Notes: a model not told the origin generated them from the sequence alone. DNA of 64,000 bases from Archangium sp. (GCA_035910535.1 JAMHXF010000097.1:14295-78294); one strand, 5' to 3'; positions 9,778 through 18,447 are shown, counted from the stretch's first letter. Translations and numbers: made by a program.

Positions 9778-11088
9778 ATGGTTGAGACCACCGAGTCGGT
9801 GACGATTCCCGGGGACAGCATCACGCGGGTCCCCATTCGCGAGTGGACGGTGGAGGTCATCGGCGGTCCCGACAAGGGCAAGTCGATCTCCGCGTTGTCA
9901 GGGTTGATCCGCGTCGGCAGCGACGAGAGCAACGACCTGGTGCTCACCGACAACACGGTGAGCCGCAAGCACCTCGAGATCGAGCGCACGTCGCGGGGCC
10001 TGTTGCTGCGTGACTTGAGCTCGCGCAACGGCACCTTCTTGAGCGGCCGGCTCACGCTGCAGGCCTTCGTCGAACCGGGCGACAAGATCGATCTCGGCAA
10101 GACGCGGCTCACCGTGAAGCAGAAGACCCGTGAGACCGAGGTCGAGCTCGACGGTGGAGAGCAGTTCGGCGATCTCGTCGGCGTCTCTGAAGCGATGCGC
10201 ATCGTCTTCGCCGAGCTGCGCCGCGTGACCCGCGAAGACGTGACGTTGCTCATCGAAGGCGAGACCGGCACCGGCAAAGAGCTCGCGGCGCGCGCGGTGC
10301 ACGCGTACTCGGTGCGGCGCTTCGGCCCGTTCCGCGTGGTCGACTGCGCGATGTTGTCGGAGCAGACCGCCGAGCGGGAGCTCTTCGGCCCCGACGGCGC
10401 GTTCACCACGGCGCAGGGCGGCATCATCTTCTTCGATGAAGTCGGCGAGCTGCCCGCCGCCGTGCAGCCCAAGCTGCTGCGCATTCTCGAGACGCGTGAG
10501 CTCGCTGCGGGCAAGAAGCTCGACGCGCGCATCATCGCGGCGACCTCGCGCAACCTCGCTGAAGAAGTTCAGCAGCGCCGCTTCAGGCAAGACCTGTTCT
10601 TCCGCATCGCCATCGCGCGCGTTCGATTGCCGCCGCTGCGCACGAGGAAGATCGACATCCCGCTCCTCGCCAAGCACCTGGTGAAGGGCCTCTCGACTCC
10701 CATCGATCTCTCGCCGCAGATGTTGTCGCTGCTCGAGGGCTACGACTGGCCGGGCAACGTGCGGGAGCTGCGCAACGTGCTCGAGCGCGGCGCGTTGATG
10801 CAGGCCACCGGCAACTCCTCGTGGCTCGAGCTGCTGGTGCCCGCTGACCGCCGACCGGATCGCAGCTCGTTGCTCGAGGTGGCGAGCAAGCTGCCGTACC
10901 ACGAGGCGAAAGATCGGGTTCAGAATGACTTCGAGCGCCACTACTTCGCCGAGGTGATGAAGCAGTGTGGCTACGACATCAAGCTGGCCGAAGAGCGCAC
11001 GGGCCTCTCGATGCAGTCGCTCTACCGTCTGCTCAAGAAGAGCGGTCTGCGCCTCAAGGATCTCAAGAACGCCGACGGCCTCGGCTGA
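9778..11088 (+). CDS. FHA-domain / AAA+ / Fis-HTH enhancer-binding protein (sigma54-activator family)
   Basis: FHA: IRVGSDESNDLVLTDNTVSRKHLEIE...RDLSSRNGTFLSG. Walker A: GETGTGKE. Walker B: GIIFFDEVGELP. Arg finger: ARIIAATSRNL. The C-terminal HTH is present. The sigma54-contact loop reads GAFTTA. Confidence 0.9.
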   Translation: MVETTESVTIPGDSITRVPIREWTVEVIGGPDKGKSISALSGLIRVGSDESNDLVLTDNTVSRKHLEIERTSRGLLLRDLSSRNGTFLSGRLTLQAFVEPGDKIDLGKTRLTVKQKTRETEVELDGGEQFGDLVGVSEAMRIVFAELRRVTREDVTLLIEGETGTGKELAARAVHAYSVRRFGPFRVVDCAMLSEQTAERELFGPDGAFTTAQGGIIFFDEVGELPAAVQPKLLRILETRELAAGKKLDARIIAATSRNLAEEVQQRRFRQDLFFRIAIARVRLPPLRTRKIDIPLLAKHLVKGLSTPIDLSPQMLSLLEGYDWPGNVRELRNVLERGALMQATGNSSWLELLVPADRRPDRSSLLEVASKLPYHEAKDRVQNDFERHYFAEVMKQCGYDIKLAEERTGLSMQSLYRLLKKSGLRLKDLKNADGLG

Positions 11089-11138
11089 GTCAGCTCGCCG
11101 GGCGCCGAACGTCAGCAGCCACCAGGAGGAGGACCACC

Positions 11139-11375
11139 ATGGCCATCTTGAACATCACCTACCAGGGCTTGTCGGCTGACTACGGCTTCGAGCTCGACGC
11201 CAACCTGTCTGACGCCGACGTGCGCCGCGTGGCCGTGGAGATCGTCCGCGCCGGCAACGTGCCCGGCTTGAACCTGCCGCACCTGGGCGACGATGCCTTC
11301 GCGGGCTTCGTGGTCGACCGCCTCCAGGGTGGCCAGCGCATCTACCTCCGCCCGAAGGTGCCGTTCGGTGCGTGA
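11139..11375 (+). CDS. 78-aa small protein, candidate beta-grasp / ubiquitin-like or carrier protein (C-terminus ...RPKVPFGA)
   Basis: Strong RBS AGGAGGAGGA ends 5 nt before the ATG at 11139. Its TGA stop (11373..11375) is overlapped by the GTG start of the ThiF-like gene. The strand-helix-strand pattern (ILNITYQG / ADYGFELD / SDADVRRVAVEIVRAG / FVVDRL / RIYLRP) was judged by eye only. Confidence 0.6.
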   Translation: MAILNITYQGLSADYGFELDANLSDADVRRVAVEIVRAGNVPGLNLPHLGDDAFAGFVVDRLQGGQRIYLRPKVPFGA

Positions 11376-11949
11376 GCAGCGAGTCGTCTTCTGCGGCGTC
11401 GGGGCGCTCGGCTCCAGCGCCGCAGTGCTGTGCCGCAACCTCGACGCCACGCTGGTCTTCGTCGACTTCGATCGCGTGGAATCGAAGAACCTGCTCTCGC
11501 AGGCCTACGTGAAGCAGTCGGTCGGCAAGAACAAGGCAGAGGCGCTCAAGGCGCAGTTGCTGAACTTTCACGGCGTGAAGGCCGAGTCGTTCGGCGTACG
11601 GCTCACCACCGACAACGTGGCGACGCTGTGCGCGAAGGCCTCGTTGCTCGTCGACTGCTTCGACAACGCAGCGTCACGACAGCTGCTCTCTGAGTATTCG
11701 CGCAAGGCGAACGTGCCGTTGCTGCACGCCGCCGTGAGCGGCGACGGGACGTTCGGCCTCGTTCGCTGGGACGAGCGCTTCAAGCCCGACGCAGAAGACG
11801 TCGCAGGTCAGGCCACGTGTGAAGGCGGCGAGCACCTGCCGCTCATCGGGTTGTTGAGCGCCACCGTCGCGCGCGCGATTCAGGACTTCCTGAAGGCCGG
11901 CGTGCAGCGCGATTCGATGGTCGGCCTCGCGGCCGTCACGCCGACGTAG
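11368..11949 (+). CDS. minimal ThiF/MoeB/E1-like adenylyltransferase (about 193 aa)
   Basis: VVFCGVGALGSSAAVLC (GxGxxG), VDFDRVESKNLLSQ (ThiF DxDxVexSNLxRQ with R replaced by S), GKNKAEA, VDCFDNAASRQLL. The GTG at 11368 lies within GTGCGTGA, overlapping the upstream stop. The track's ATG at 11293 would overlap the small gene by 83 nt. Confidence 0.8.
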   Translation: MREQRVVFCGVGALGSSAAVLCRNLDATLVFVDFDRVESKNLLSQAYVKQSVGKNKAEALKAQLLNFHGVKAESFGVRLTTDNVATLCAKASLLVDCFDNAASRQLLSEYSRKANVPLLHAAVSGDGTFGLVRWDERFKPDAEDVAGQATCEGGEHLPLIGLLSATVARAIQDFLKAGVQRDSMVGLAAVTPT

Positions 11950-12435
11950 CTAACCGCCGACGTTGGCCCAGAAGTCGTCGCAGCCACCGCTGCCGTTCTT
12001 CAGCGCGCCTTCTTCGAACTCGTATGGGCTCGAGCAGTCGACGACCGAGCAGACCTTCTGCCTCGGCCATGACAGCTCGATGTGCCCAAGCGGACGAATG
12101 AGGCGGTAACCGACCATGCCCGCGTCGCCCGGCGCCGACACGCGCCCCAACCCGCCGCCCGGGTATGAGTCGGCGCGACCCGGCGCCTGGAAGATGAGCT
12201 CGACGCCTTGATCGACGTCACCCGCGTACGGCGGGTCGAAGAAGAAGCTCACCGACGAGAACGTCGAGTTGCCGCCCGTGCAGGTGACTTGAACTGCGCC
12301 GTTGCCGTGGGAGTTGTCGTCGTAGCTGCACAGACACTCACCGAGGCCACGGCCCGCCCGTTCTGAAGCCGTGAAGACGATCTCGTCGGCGCGTGGGCAG
12401 CCGAACAACGCGAGACACAGCCACGCCCACCTCAC
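11950..12435 (-). CDS. Cys-rich lipoprotein (about 161 aa)
   Basis: GTG at 12435 gives VRWAWLCLALFGC (lipobox). GTGA overlaps the stop of the VWA gene. Eight further Cys. The upstream part of the track ORF (to 12615) overlaps the VWA gene and I reject it. Confidence 0.7.
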   Translation of the reverse strand: MRWAWLCLALFGCPRADEIVFTASERAGRGLGECLCSYDDNSHGNGAVQVTCTGGNSTFSSVSFFFDPPYAGDVDQGVELIFQAPGRADSYPGGGLGRVSAPGDAGMVGYRLIRPLGHIELSWPRQKVCSVVDCSSPYEFEEGALKNGSGGCDDFWANVGG

Positions 12436-13829
12436 GACGGCACCAACTGCGGAGCGATCTTCTCGAGCTCGGACAAGCTCGTCACCGTCACCACCTGCGT
12501 CACGGCGCGCGAGTAGTTCGTCATCTCGCTGTCGCCGAAGCCCCAGTTCTGCTTCGGCTCGGTACAGATCCACACCACGCGCCTGGCCTTTCTTTTCAGA
12601 TCTTCGAGAGCCCACACGTTGGCGGAGTTGAAGTTGTTACGCCCGTCTCCGATGACGAAGACCGTCGTCTTGCGGCTCACGGAGCCGAGGTACGACTTCG
12701 CGAACGTCGCCAACGTATGGCCGTAGTTCGAGTTCGACGACATCGAGATGACGTCGCCCGACAACGCAGCCTCGAGCGCCGCTTCCGGCTTCGTGCCCTT
12801 GAAGTGCTTCGTCACCTCGCCGAGCTCCGAGACGAAGATGAAGCTGCGCACGCGATTGAAGAGCGACTGCAGACACCACGTGAAAATCAGCATCAGCCGC
12901 GACGCGTTTCGTACCGAGTCGCTCACGTCACACAGCACGATGACGTCAGGGCGCTGCGGCCTCCGCGTGCGGAACTGCGGCACCATCGGTACGCCGCCCG
13001 AGGTGAGGTTCTTTCGCAGCGTGCGACGCGGGTTGAGCTGCCCTTTCCGTTTGCTGCGCTGCCGACGAATGAGGCGCGCCTTCAGCTTCTCGGCGAGCGC
13101 GCGCACCGAGCGCTGCGCGATCTCGACCTCTTGCCGCGAGAGCGTATGCAACGCCTTGTCGTCGACGCCGGCGGTGGCCTTCTTGAGCCTCGCGTTCGAC
13201 TGTCGCTGCACTTCGGCGCGCGCCTCTTCTTCGATGCGCCGCAGCGCGCTGCCGAGGTGCTGACTGACGACCTCGATGCCACGCCCCGACATGCCGCGCG
13301 CCGCGAGCTCCCGGCCGATGCTCTCGAGGTCGCTGCGCATTGACTCGGCGCCGGCCGCGCTGGCGAGCCGACGACTGTAGAAGCCGGTCTGCAGTGCGTT
13401 CTGAATTCTTGAGAAGTCGAGCTGCAGCGACGCCTGACGGAAGATCTGCGCCAGGCGCGCGCGATCGCCCGACATCGCGGCCTCGGTGAGCGGGCTCAAT
13501 TGCCCCGCGAGGCGCTCCATCATCCAGACGATCATCTTCCGCTCGTCTTCGCCCAGCAGCCCCTCTTCTTCGATGCGCTTCATGAGCGACTGCTCGATGT
13601 TGGCCAGCGTTCGCGACGCACCCGAGAAATAGAAGTCGAAGGCCTTGTCGAACACCGCCGCGTCTTGAGCGCGCTTGCAGAGCGTCGCCTTCAACGCGGC
13701 GCGGGTGACGTCGCGCTCCTCGAGGCCGATCTCCGCGAGCGCCTGCACGGCGTCTTTTGCTTCGCTCACGGCGACCTTCAAGCCGTTCTGGCGGAGCACT
13801 TCGACGAACTCGACGACGCGCGCCTCCAT
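12432..13829 (-). CDS. CoxE-like von Willebrand factor A (VWA) domain protein
   Basis: 465 aa. The helical N-terminus MEARVVEFVEVLRQNGLKVAVSEAKDA is typical of CoxE-type VWA proteins. The MIDAS motif is in VIVLCDVSDSV. No MoxR/CoxD ATPase lies adjacent. Confidence 0.85.
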   Translation of the reverse strand: MEARVVEFVEVLRQNGLKVAVSEAKDAVQALAEIGLEERDVTRAALKATLCKRAQDAAVFDKAFDFYFSGASRTLANIEQSLMKRIEEEGLLGEDERKMIVWMMERLAGQLSPLTEAAMSGDRARLAQIFRQASLQLDFSRIQNALQTGFYSRRLASAAGAESMRSDLESIGRELAARGMSGRGIEVVSQHLGSALRRIEEEARAEVQRQSNARLKKATAGVDDKALHTLSRQEVEIAQRSVRALAEKLKARLIRRQRSKRKGQLNPRRTLRKNLTSGGVPMVPQFRTRRPQRPDVIVLCDVSDSVRNASRLMLIFTWCLQSLFNRVRSFIFVSELGEVTKHFKGTKPEAALEAALSGDVISMSSNSNYGHTLATFAKSYLGSVSRKTTVFVIGDGRNNFNSANVWALEDLKRKARRVVWICTEPKQNWGFGDSEMTNYSRAVTQVVTVTSLSELEKIAPQLVPS

Positions 13830-13832
13830 GAT

Positions 13833-14501
13833 TCAGCCTCGCTTCAAGATTCCGTTTTTCGGAAACGACTTGATGCTCTTACCGGCCGCCAGCGGGAGCA
13901 CACGAATCCACTGAACGGGGCCGGTGTCGGTCTTCATCACTCCGAAGGTCTCGTCTTTCACGAAGCCGAGGCCGGCGAACGCTGAAGCCACGGGCGTGTT
14001 CCACACACCGAAACCGGCCTGCGATTCGTGGCGCATCGCGCGGTGCACCTTCGCGAGGAAGCCGTCTCTCTTCACGAACTCGAGCGGTTTCGCCGTCGTG
14101 CCGAAGGGGTTCGCTTCGTCGTACACGCGGTACCGCGCGCCCTCGAACTCCTCGATGTTCGCGAACGACAACACCGAGCCGCTCCTGGGGATCTGCGCCG
14201 ACCAGAAGACCATTCGCGCCAGCGGCATCAGCAAGTCGCTCGTCCACGCTTCGGGCGGATCTTCTTCACCGTCTTCCACGCCGATTCGCAGAACGAACTC
14301 GATGCCGAAGCCGCTGCGCTTCGGGTCTTTCGTTTCTTTGCCCGCGAACTCAGAGAGGCCGGTGGTGACGACCTCCCAGTGCTTCTTGACGCGTCGCCAA
14401 CCGATGAAGCGAAGCGGATCGCGCAGCGGAACGACATCGGGCTGAAACGTCATGCCAGTGAACTCGCCTGACTCGTTCAACAGCTCGAAGACGTTGCTCA
14501 T
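13833..14501 (-). CDS. SUFU (suppressor-of-fused) domain protein, paralog 2
   Basis: WEVVTTGLSEFAGKETKDPKRSGFGIEFVLRIGVEDGEEDPPEAWTSDLLMPLARMVFWS aligns by eye with human SUFU WHYISFGLSDLYG...GPSGFGFELTFRLKRETGESAPPTWPAELMQGLARYVFQS. Confidence 0.85.
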   Translation of the reverse strand: MSNVFELLNESGEFTGMTFQPDVVPLRDPLRFIGWRRVKKHWEVVTTGLSEFAGKETKDPKRSGFGIEFVLRIGVEDGEEDPPEAWTSDLLMPLARMVFWSAQIPRSGSVLSFANIEEFEGARYRVYDEANPFGTTAKPLEFVKRDGFLAKVHRAMRHESQAGFGVWNTPVASAFAGLGFVKDETFGVMKTDTGPVQWIRVLPLAAGKSIKSFPKNGILKRG

Positions 14502-15196
14502 GGGTTTCCGCGGTCGAAAACTCCGTCAGCGGGGAACGTTTCGATCGTCGTGTCGCCACGGAGCGGCAGACAACGCAGCCACTGCACCGGCCCGTTCGCG
14601 GTCTGCATAACGCCGAACGTCGGATCATTCACGAAGCCAAGGCCCGCCACCTGCCACGCGAGCGCCGTGTTCCAGATACCGAAGCCAGGCTGCGGCGGAG
14701 CTTCATCGTGACCCAACCGCGCTGAACGCAGCCCTTTGTGAACGCGCGCGAGAAAGCCGTCGTCATTGGCGAAGTCCAACGGTCGCGCAGGCGTTGCGAA
14801 CGGATTGACTTCGTCGAACACGCGGTACTCGTTGCCGCCGAAGGTCTTCGACTGATCGAACTTCAGCACCGTGCCGTGCGCCGGCACCTGCGACGACCAG
14901 AACACCATGCGTCCGAGCGGTTGAAAGAGCTTCGTCGTCCACCCGTCGGGCGGCTCGTTCTCGCCGTTGCGCGCGGTGACTCGAATCACGAACTCGACAC
15001 CGAAGCCGCTTCGATTCGGGTCTTTCGTTTCCTTCGTCGCGAATTCAGAAAAGCCGGTGGTGATGATTTCCCAGACGTTGTCGACGCGACGCCACCCGAT
15101 GTACCGGAGCGGATCGCTGATGGGCGGAAGTCCCGGAGTGAACGCAATGCCGGTGAATTCGCCGCTCGGGTTCAACAGCTCGAGAACGTTGCTCAT
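14498..15196 (-). CDS. SUFU (suppressor-of-fused) domain protein, paralog 1
   Basis: Roughly 60% identical by eye to the downstream paralog. It carries the same GFSEF...SGFGVEFVIR...PPDGW...LGRMVFWS core. ATGA overlaps the next gene. Confidence 0.85.
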   Translation of the reverse strand: MSNVLELLNPSGEFTGIAFTPGLPPISDPLRYIGWRRVDNVWEIITTGFSEFATKETKDPNRSGFGVEFVIRVTARNGENEPPDGWTTKLFQPLGRMVFWSSQVPAHGTVLKFDQSKTFGGNEYRVFDEVNPFATPARPLDFANDDGFLARVHKGLRSARLGHDEAPPQPGFGIWNTALAWQVAGLGFVNDPTFGVMQTANGPVQWLRCLPLRGDTTIETFPADGVFDRGNP

Positions 15197-15369
15197 GTCA
15201 GACCTCCAAATAGCGCCAGCGGATCGACCGAGTTCGGCAAGTCGATGACCTCACCATCGCAGAAGTTCGATGATCGCCCAGTCACTGTTCTTCAACTTCG
15301 TGCGTTCATCGAGAAGAAGCGACCGCGCACCTTCGAGGCACAGCGGCATTCCGCGCTTCGCCGACCTGC

Positions 15370-16626
15370 TCACCGCGTGAAGGCCATCACGGCCTCGATG
15401 TGATGCGTCTGTGGAAACAAGTCGAACAGCTGCAACGCGATGGGGTGAAAGCCGTGCTCCCCGAGATCCTTCGCGTCGCGCGCGAGGCTCGTCGGATCGC
15501 ACGCGACGTACACCACACGCGAAACCAACAACCCGTTCGCCCACGAGCCGACGCCCGGCGCACCCGACCGCGGAGGGTCGACGAGCAGGCGATCGAACCG
15601 CTCGCGCTCATTCACGAGGCCTTTGGCAATTTTCTCTGAATCGCCCTGCACGAAGCGCACGTTGCTCACGCCGTGCTTCAACGCCGCGTTCTGCGCGAGC
15701 GCGACTGACAGCGGGAACGACTCAACCGCCACCACCTGGTCAGCATGCGACGCGAGCCGGAACGTGAAGTTGCCGTTGCCTGAATACAGCTCGAGCACGC
15801 GCTCACTGCCGTGCACGTCGAGCAGCTCGAGGCTCTGTGAGACGAGTCGGCGGTTCACCTCGGCGTTCGCCTGCGCGAAGCCGTCAGGGCGGTGCAGCAC
15901 GCCTTCTTCATCGAGCACCGGCTTGCCGAGCAGCTCCACCGCGCCCTTGCCGTCTGCGGGGTGAACAATCGCACCGTCGATCAGCCCTTCACGAAGCGCG
16001 GCGGTCAACGCGTCACGATGCCGAGGCCGAATCTGCGCCTTCGCATGAAGGCTGATCGCGACGCGCCCTTCGCACTCGAGCAGTCGAACTTCCTCCAGCT
16101 CTTTCAACGTCGCCGCGCCCAACGCTGTCGCGAGTCGTCCAGGGAAATTGGTCAACGCAGGCGTCAACGCAGGGCACGACTTCACCGCGACGCGCTCGTG
16201 CGATTTGCGCCCGTGAAAACCCAGCGCGTCTTTGACCGGGTGCAGCACCGCGCGACGCCGGTACCCCACGGCCTGCGGCGACGGCACCGTCGGCAACAAC
16301 GCGTACGCGTCGCGCGCGATGCCGCCGACGTGCTCGAGCGCAGAGACGACGATCTCCGTCTTCTGTCGGAGCTGCTCGTCTTCCTGGAGGTGCATCCAAT
16401 CGCAGCCGCCGCAGCTCGAGGCCACGGGGCAGACGGGCGCTCGTCGTGACGCGCTCGGTTCGAGGACGTCGAGCACTTCGCCGCGCAGCGCCTTGCCCTG
16501 CTCCGTCACTTCGACGAGCACGCGCTCACCCGGCAACGCGCCCGCAATGAAAACGGCGCGGCCTTCGTGAGGGGCCACGCCGTCACCTGACTTCGACAAC
16601 CGCTCGACTCGCAGCTCCAGCTTCAC
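15370..16626 (-). CDS. TRAM-domain, Fe-S cluster-containing RNA (uracil-C5)-methyltransferase (RlmD/RumA/TrmA family)
   Basis: N-terminal TRAM segment (VERLSKSGDGVA), Cys cluster CPVASSCGGCDWMHL, SAM-methyltransferase motifs LELYSGNGNF and LLVDPPRSGA, and catalytic YVACDP. Confidence 0.9.
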   Translation of the reverse strand: MKLELRVERLSKSGDGVAPHEGRAVFIAGALPGERVLVEVTEQGKALRGEVLDVLEPSASRRAPVCPVASSCGGCDWMHLQEDEQLRQKTEIVVSALEHVGGIARDAYALLPTVPSPQAVGYRRRAVLHPVKDALGFHGRKSHERVAVKSCPALTPALTNFPGRLATALGAATLKELEEVRLLECEGRVAISLHAKAQIRPRHRDALTAALREGLIDGAIVHPADGKGAVELLGKPVLDEEGVLHRPDGFAQANAEVNRRLVSQSLELLDVHGSERVLELYSGNGNFTFRLASHADQVVAVESFPLSVALAQNAALKHGVSNVRFVQGDSEKIAKGLVNERERFDRLLVDPPRSGAPGVGSWANGLLVSRVVYVACDPTSLARDAKDLGEHGFHPIALQLFDLFPQTHHIEAVMAFTR

Positions 16627-17006
16627 TTCTTCTGGGGCACTTCTGCGTCAGGCAGCTCGGCGCGCAGCCGATCGACGAAGCGCGCGAGGCGGCCCTTCTT
16701 TTCTTCGTCGACGTCGACGAACTCGATGCCCATGCCGGGCACCTGGTCGCTGTTCGGGTCAGGCGGGTGCACCCGAATCACGCGGCCCGTGAGATCGAAC
16801 GGAAACGCCGCGTCAGGGAGCGAGACGATCAACCGCACGATGCTGCCCACCGCCAGCGGGTTGCGCGTGTTGATGAACATGCCGCCGCGGCTGATGTTCA
16901 CCGCCCAGTCGGTGATGAAGCCATCGACGGTGCGGTACGCAACCAACAACTCGTGCTGCAGTCGCTCGGCCTTCCGTATCGGCTGGGAGCCCTTGTCGTC
17001 GCTCAT
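16623..17006 (-). CDS. PilZ domain protein (c-di-GMP receptor family)
   Basis: RKAERLQ (RxxxR) and DWAVNISRGGMFI (D/NxSxxG) motifs. 127 aa. 4-nt overlap with the methyltransferase gene. Confidence 0.85.
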   Translation of the reverse strand: MSDDKGSQPIRKAERLQHELLVAYRTVDGFITDWAVNISRGGMFINTRNPLAVGSIVRLIVSLPDAAFPFDLTGRVIRVHPPDPNSDQVPGMGIEFVDVDEEKKGRLARFVDRLRAELPDAEVPQKK

Positions 17007-17027
17007 GGGTCGGGGAGCCTACTCACT

Positions 17028-17684
17028 TCAGATCGCCATCGTCTTCAGATCTGACGAAGCCTTCAGCGGAGCGCCCGTCAGCTTCTGCACCGACTCAATG
17101 GTCTCGCCCGGCGCGAGCTCGCGCAGCAGCAGGCCGTCGGGGGTGATGTCGATCCACGCGAGGTCGGTGCAGAGCGCGTGCACGCACTTCTTGCTGGTCA
17201 GCGGCAGCGAGCAGGCCTTGAGGATCTTGTGACCGCCGTCTTTGGTGGCGTGCTCCATGGCGACGATGACGCGCCTGGCGCCGACGGCGAGGTCCATCGC
17301 GCCGCCCATGCCTTTGACCATCTTCCCGGGGATCATCCAGTTGGCGAGGTCGCCGTGCTCGCTGACCTCCATCGCGCCCAGCACCGCCAGGTCGATGTGG
17401 CCACCGCGGATCATCCCGAACGAGGCCGCCGAGTCGAAGTACGCGGCGCCGGGCAGCGCCGTCACCGTCTCTTTGCCGGCGTTGATGAGGTCGGCGTCTT
17501 CTTCGCCTTCGAACGGGTACGGGCCGGTGCCGAGCATGCCGTTCTCAGACTGAAGAACGACCTCGACGCCTGCGGGAATGTAGTTGGGGATCAACGTCGG
17601 CAGACCGATGCCGAGGTTGACGTAGAAGCCGTCGCGGAGCTCTCTGGCCACGCGCTGCGCAATCTGTTCACGGGTCAAAGGCAT
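17028..17684 (-). CDS. scoB: 3-oxoacid CoA-transferase subunit B
   Basis: [31 protein letters not shown]...SENGMLG is a typical CoA-transferase B subunit. Confidence 0.93.
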   Translation of the reverse strand: MPLTREQIAQRVARELRDGFYVNLGIGLPTLIPNYIPAGVEVVLQSENGMLGTGPYPFEGEEDADLINAGKETVTALPGAAYFDSAASFGMIRGGHIDLAVLGAMEVSEHGDLANWMIPGKMVKGMGGAMDLAVGARRVIVAMEHATKDGGHKILKACSLPLTSKKCVHALCTDLAWIDITPDGLLLRELAPGETIESVQKLTGAPLKASSDLKTMAI

Positions 17685-17686
17685 GA

Positions 17687-18385
17687 TCAGGCCTGCTTTC
17701 GAACGGTGCGCCGTTCAATCCACTTGTTGAGCCCCACCGACTGCACGACGCGCTTCACGTACACCGACGGCACGTGAATCTGATCGGGGTCGAGTTCGCC
17801 GACCGGCACGATGTGCTCGGCCTCGACGATGGTGACCTTCGCGGCCATGCACATGAGCGGCGAAAAGTTACGCGCCGTCTTGCGGAAGATGAGGTTGCCC
17901 CACGTGTCGGCCTTCCACGCGCGCACGATGGCGAAGTCGGCCTTGAGCGGCGCCTCGAGCACGTACTCGTGACCGTCGATGACGCGCGTCTCTTTGCCCT
18001 TCGCGACCTCGGTGCCGACGCCGGTGCGAACGAAGAACCCGCCGATGCCCGCGCCACCGGCACGAATGCGCTCGGCCAACGTGCCCTGAGGGTTGAGCTC
18101 GACCTCGAGTTCACCCGAGAGAAACTGGCGCTCGAATTCTTTGTTTTCGCCGACGTAGCTGGCGACCATCTTCTTGACCTGTTTGTTCTTGAGCAGAACG
18201 CCCAGGCCGAGATCAGTCGTGCCGCAGTTGTTGGCGATGATGGTGAGGCCCTTCACGCCGCGCGCATGAATCGCGGTGATCAGGTTCTCGGGGTTGCCGC
18301 ACAGGCCGAACCCACCTGCCATCAAGGTGATGTTGTCTGGAATGTCTTTGACGGCCTCAGCGACCGACGCGACGACCTTGTTCAT
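17687..18385 (-). CDS. scoA: 3-oxoacid CoA-transferase subunit A
   Basis: MNKVV...[22 protein letters not shown]...IANNCG is a typical A subunit. It lies 2 nt from scoB. Confidence 0.93.
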   Translation of the reverse strand: MNKVVASVAEAVKDIPDNITLMAGGFGLCGNPENLITAIHARGVKGLTIIANNCGTTDLGLGVLLKNKQVKKMVASYVGENKEFERQFLSGELEVELNPQGTLAERIRAGGAGIGGFFVRTGVGTEVAKGKETRVIDGHEYVLEAPLKADFAIVRAWKADTWGNLIFRKTARNFSPLMCMAAKVTIVEAEHIVPVGELDPDQIHVPSVYVKRVVQSVGLNKWIERRTVRKQA

Positions 18386-18447
18386 CGTTCCTCCGTGTGA
18401 GCGGCTTCATTTCGCAGCGCGCACTCGCTTTCAATCGCTAATGTCGT

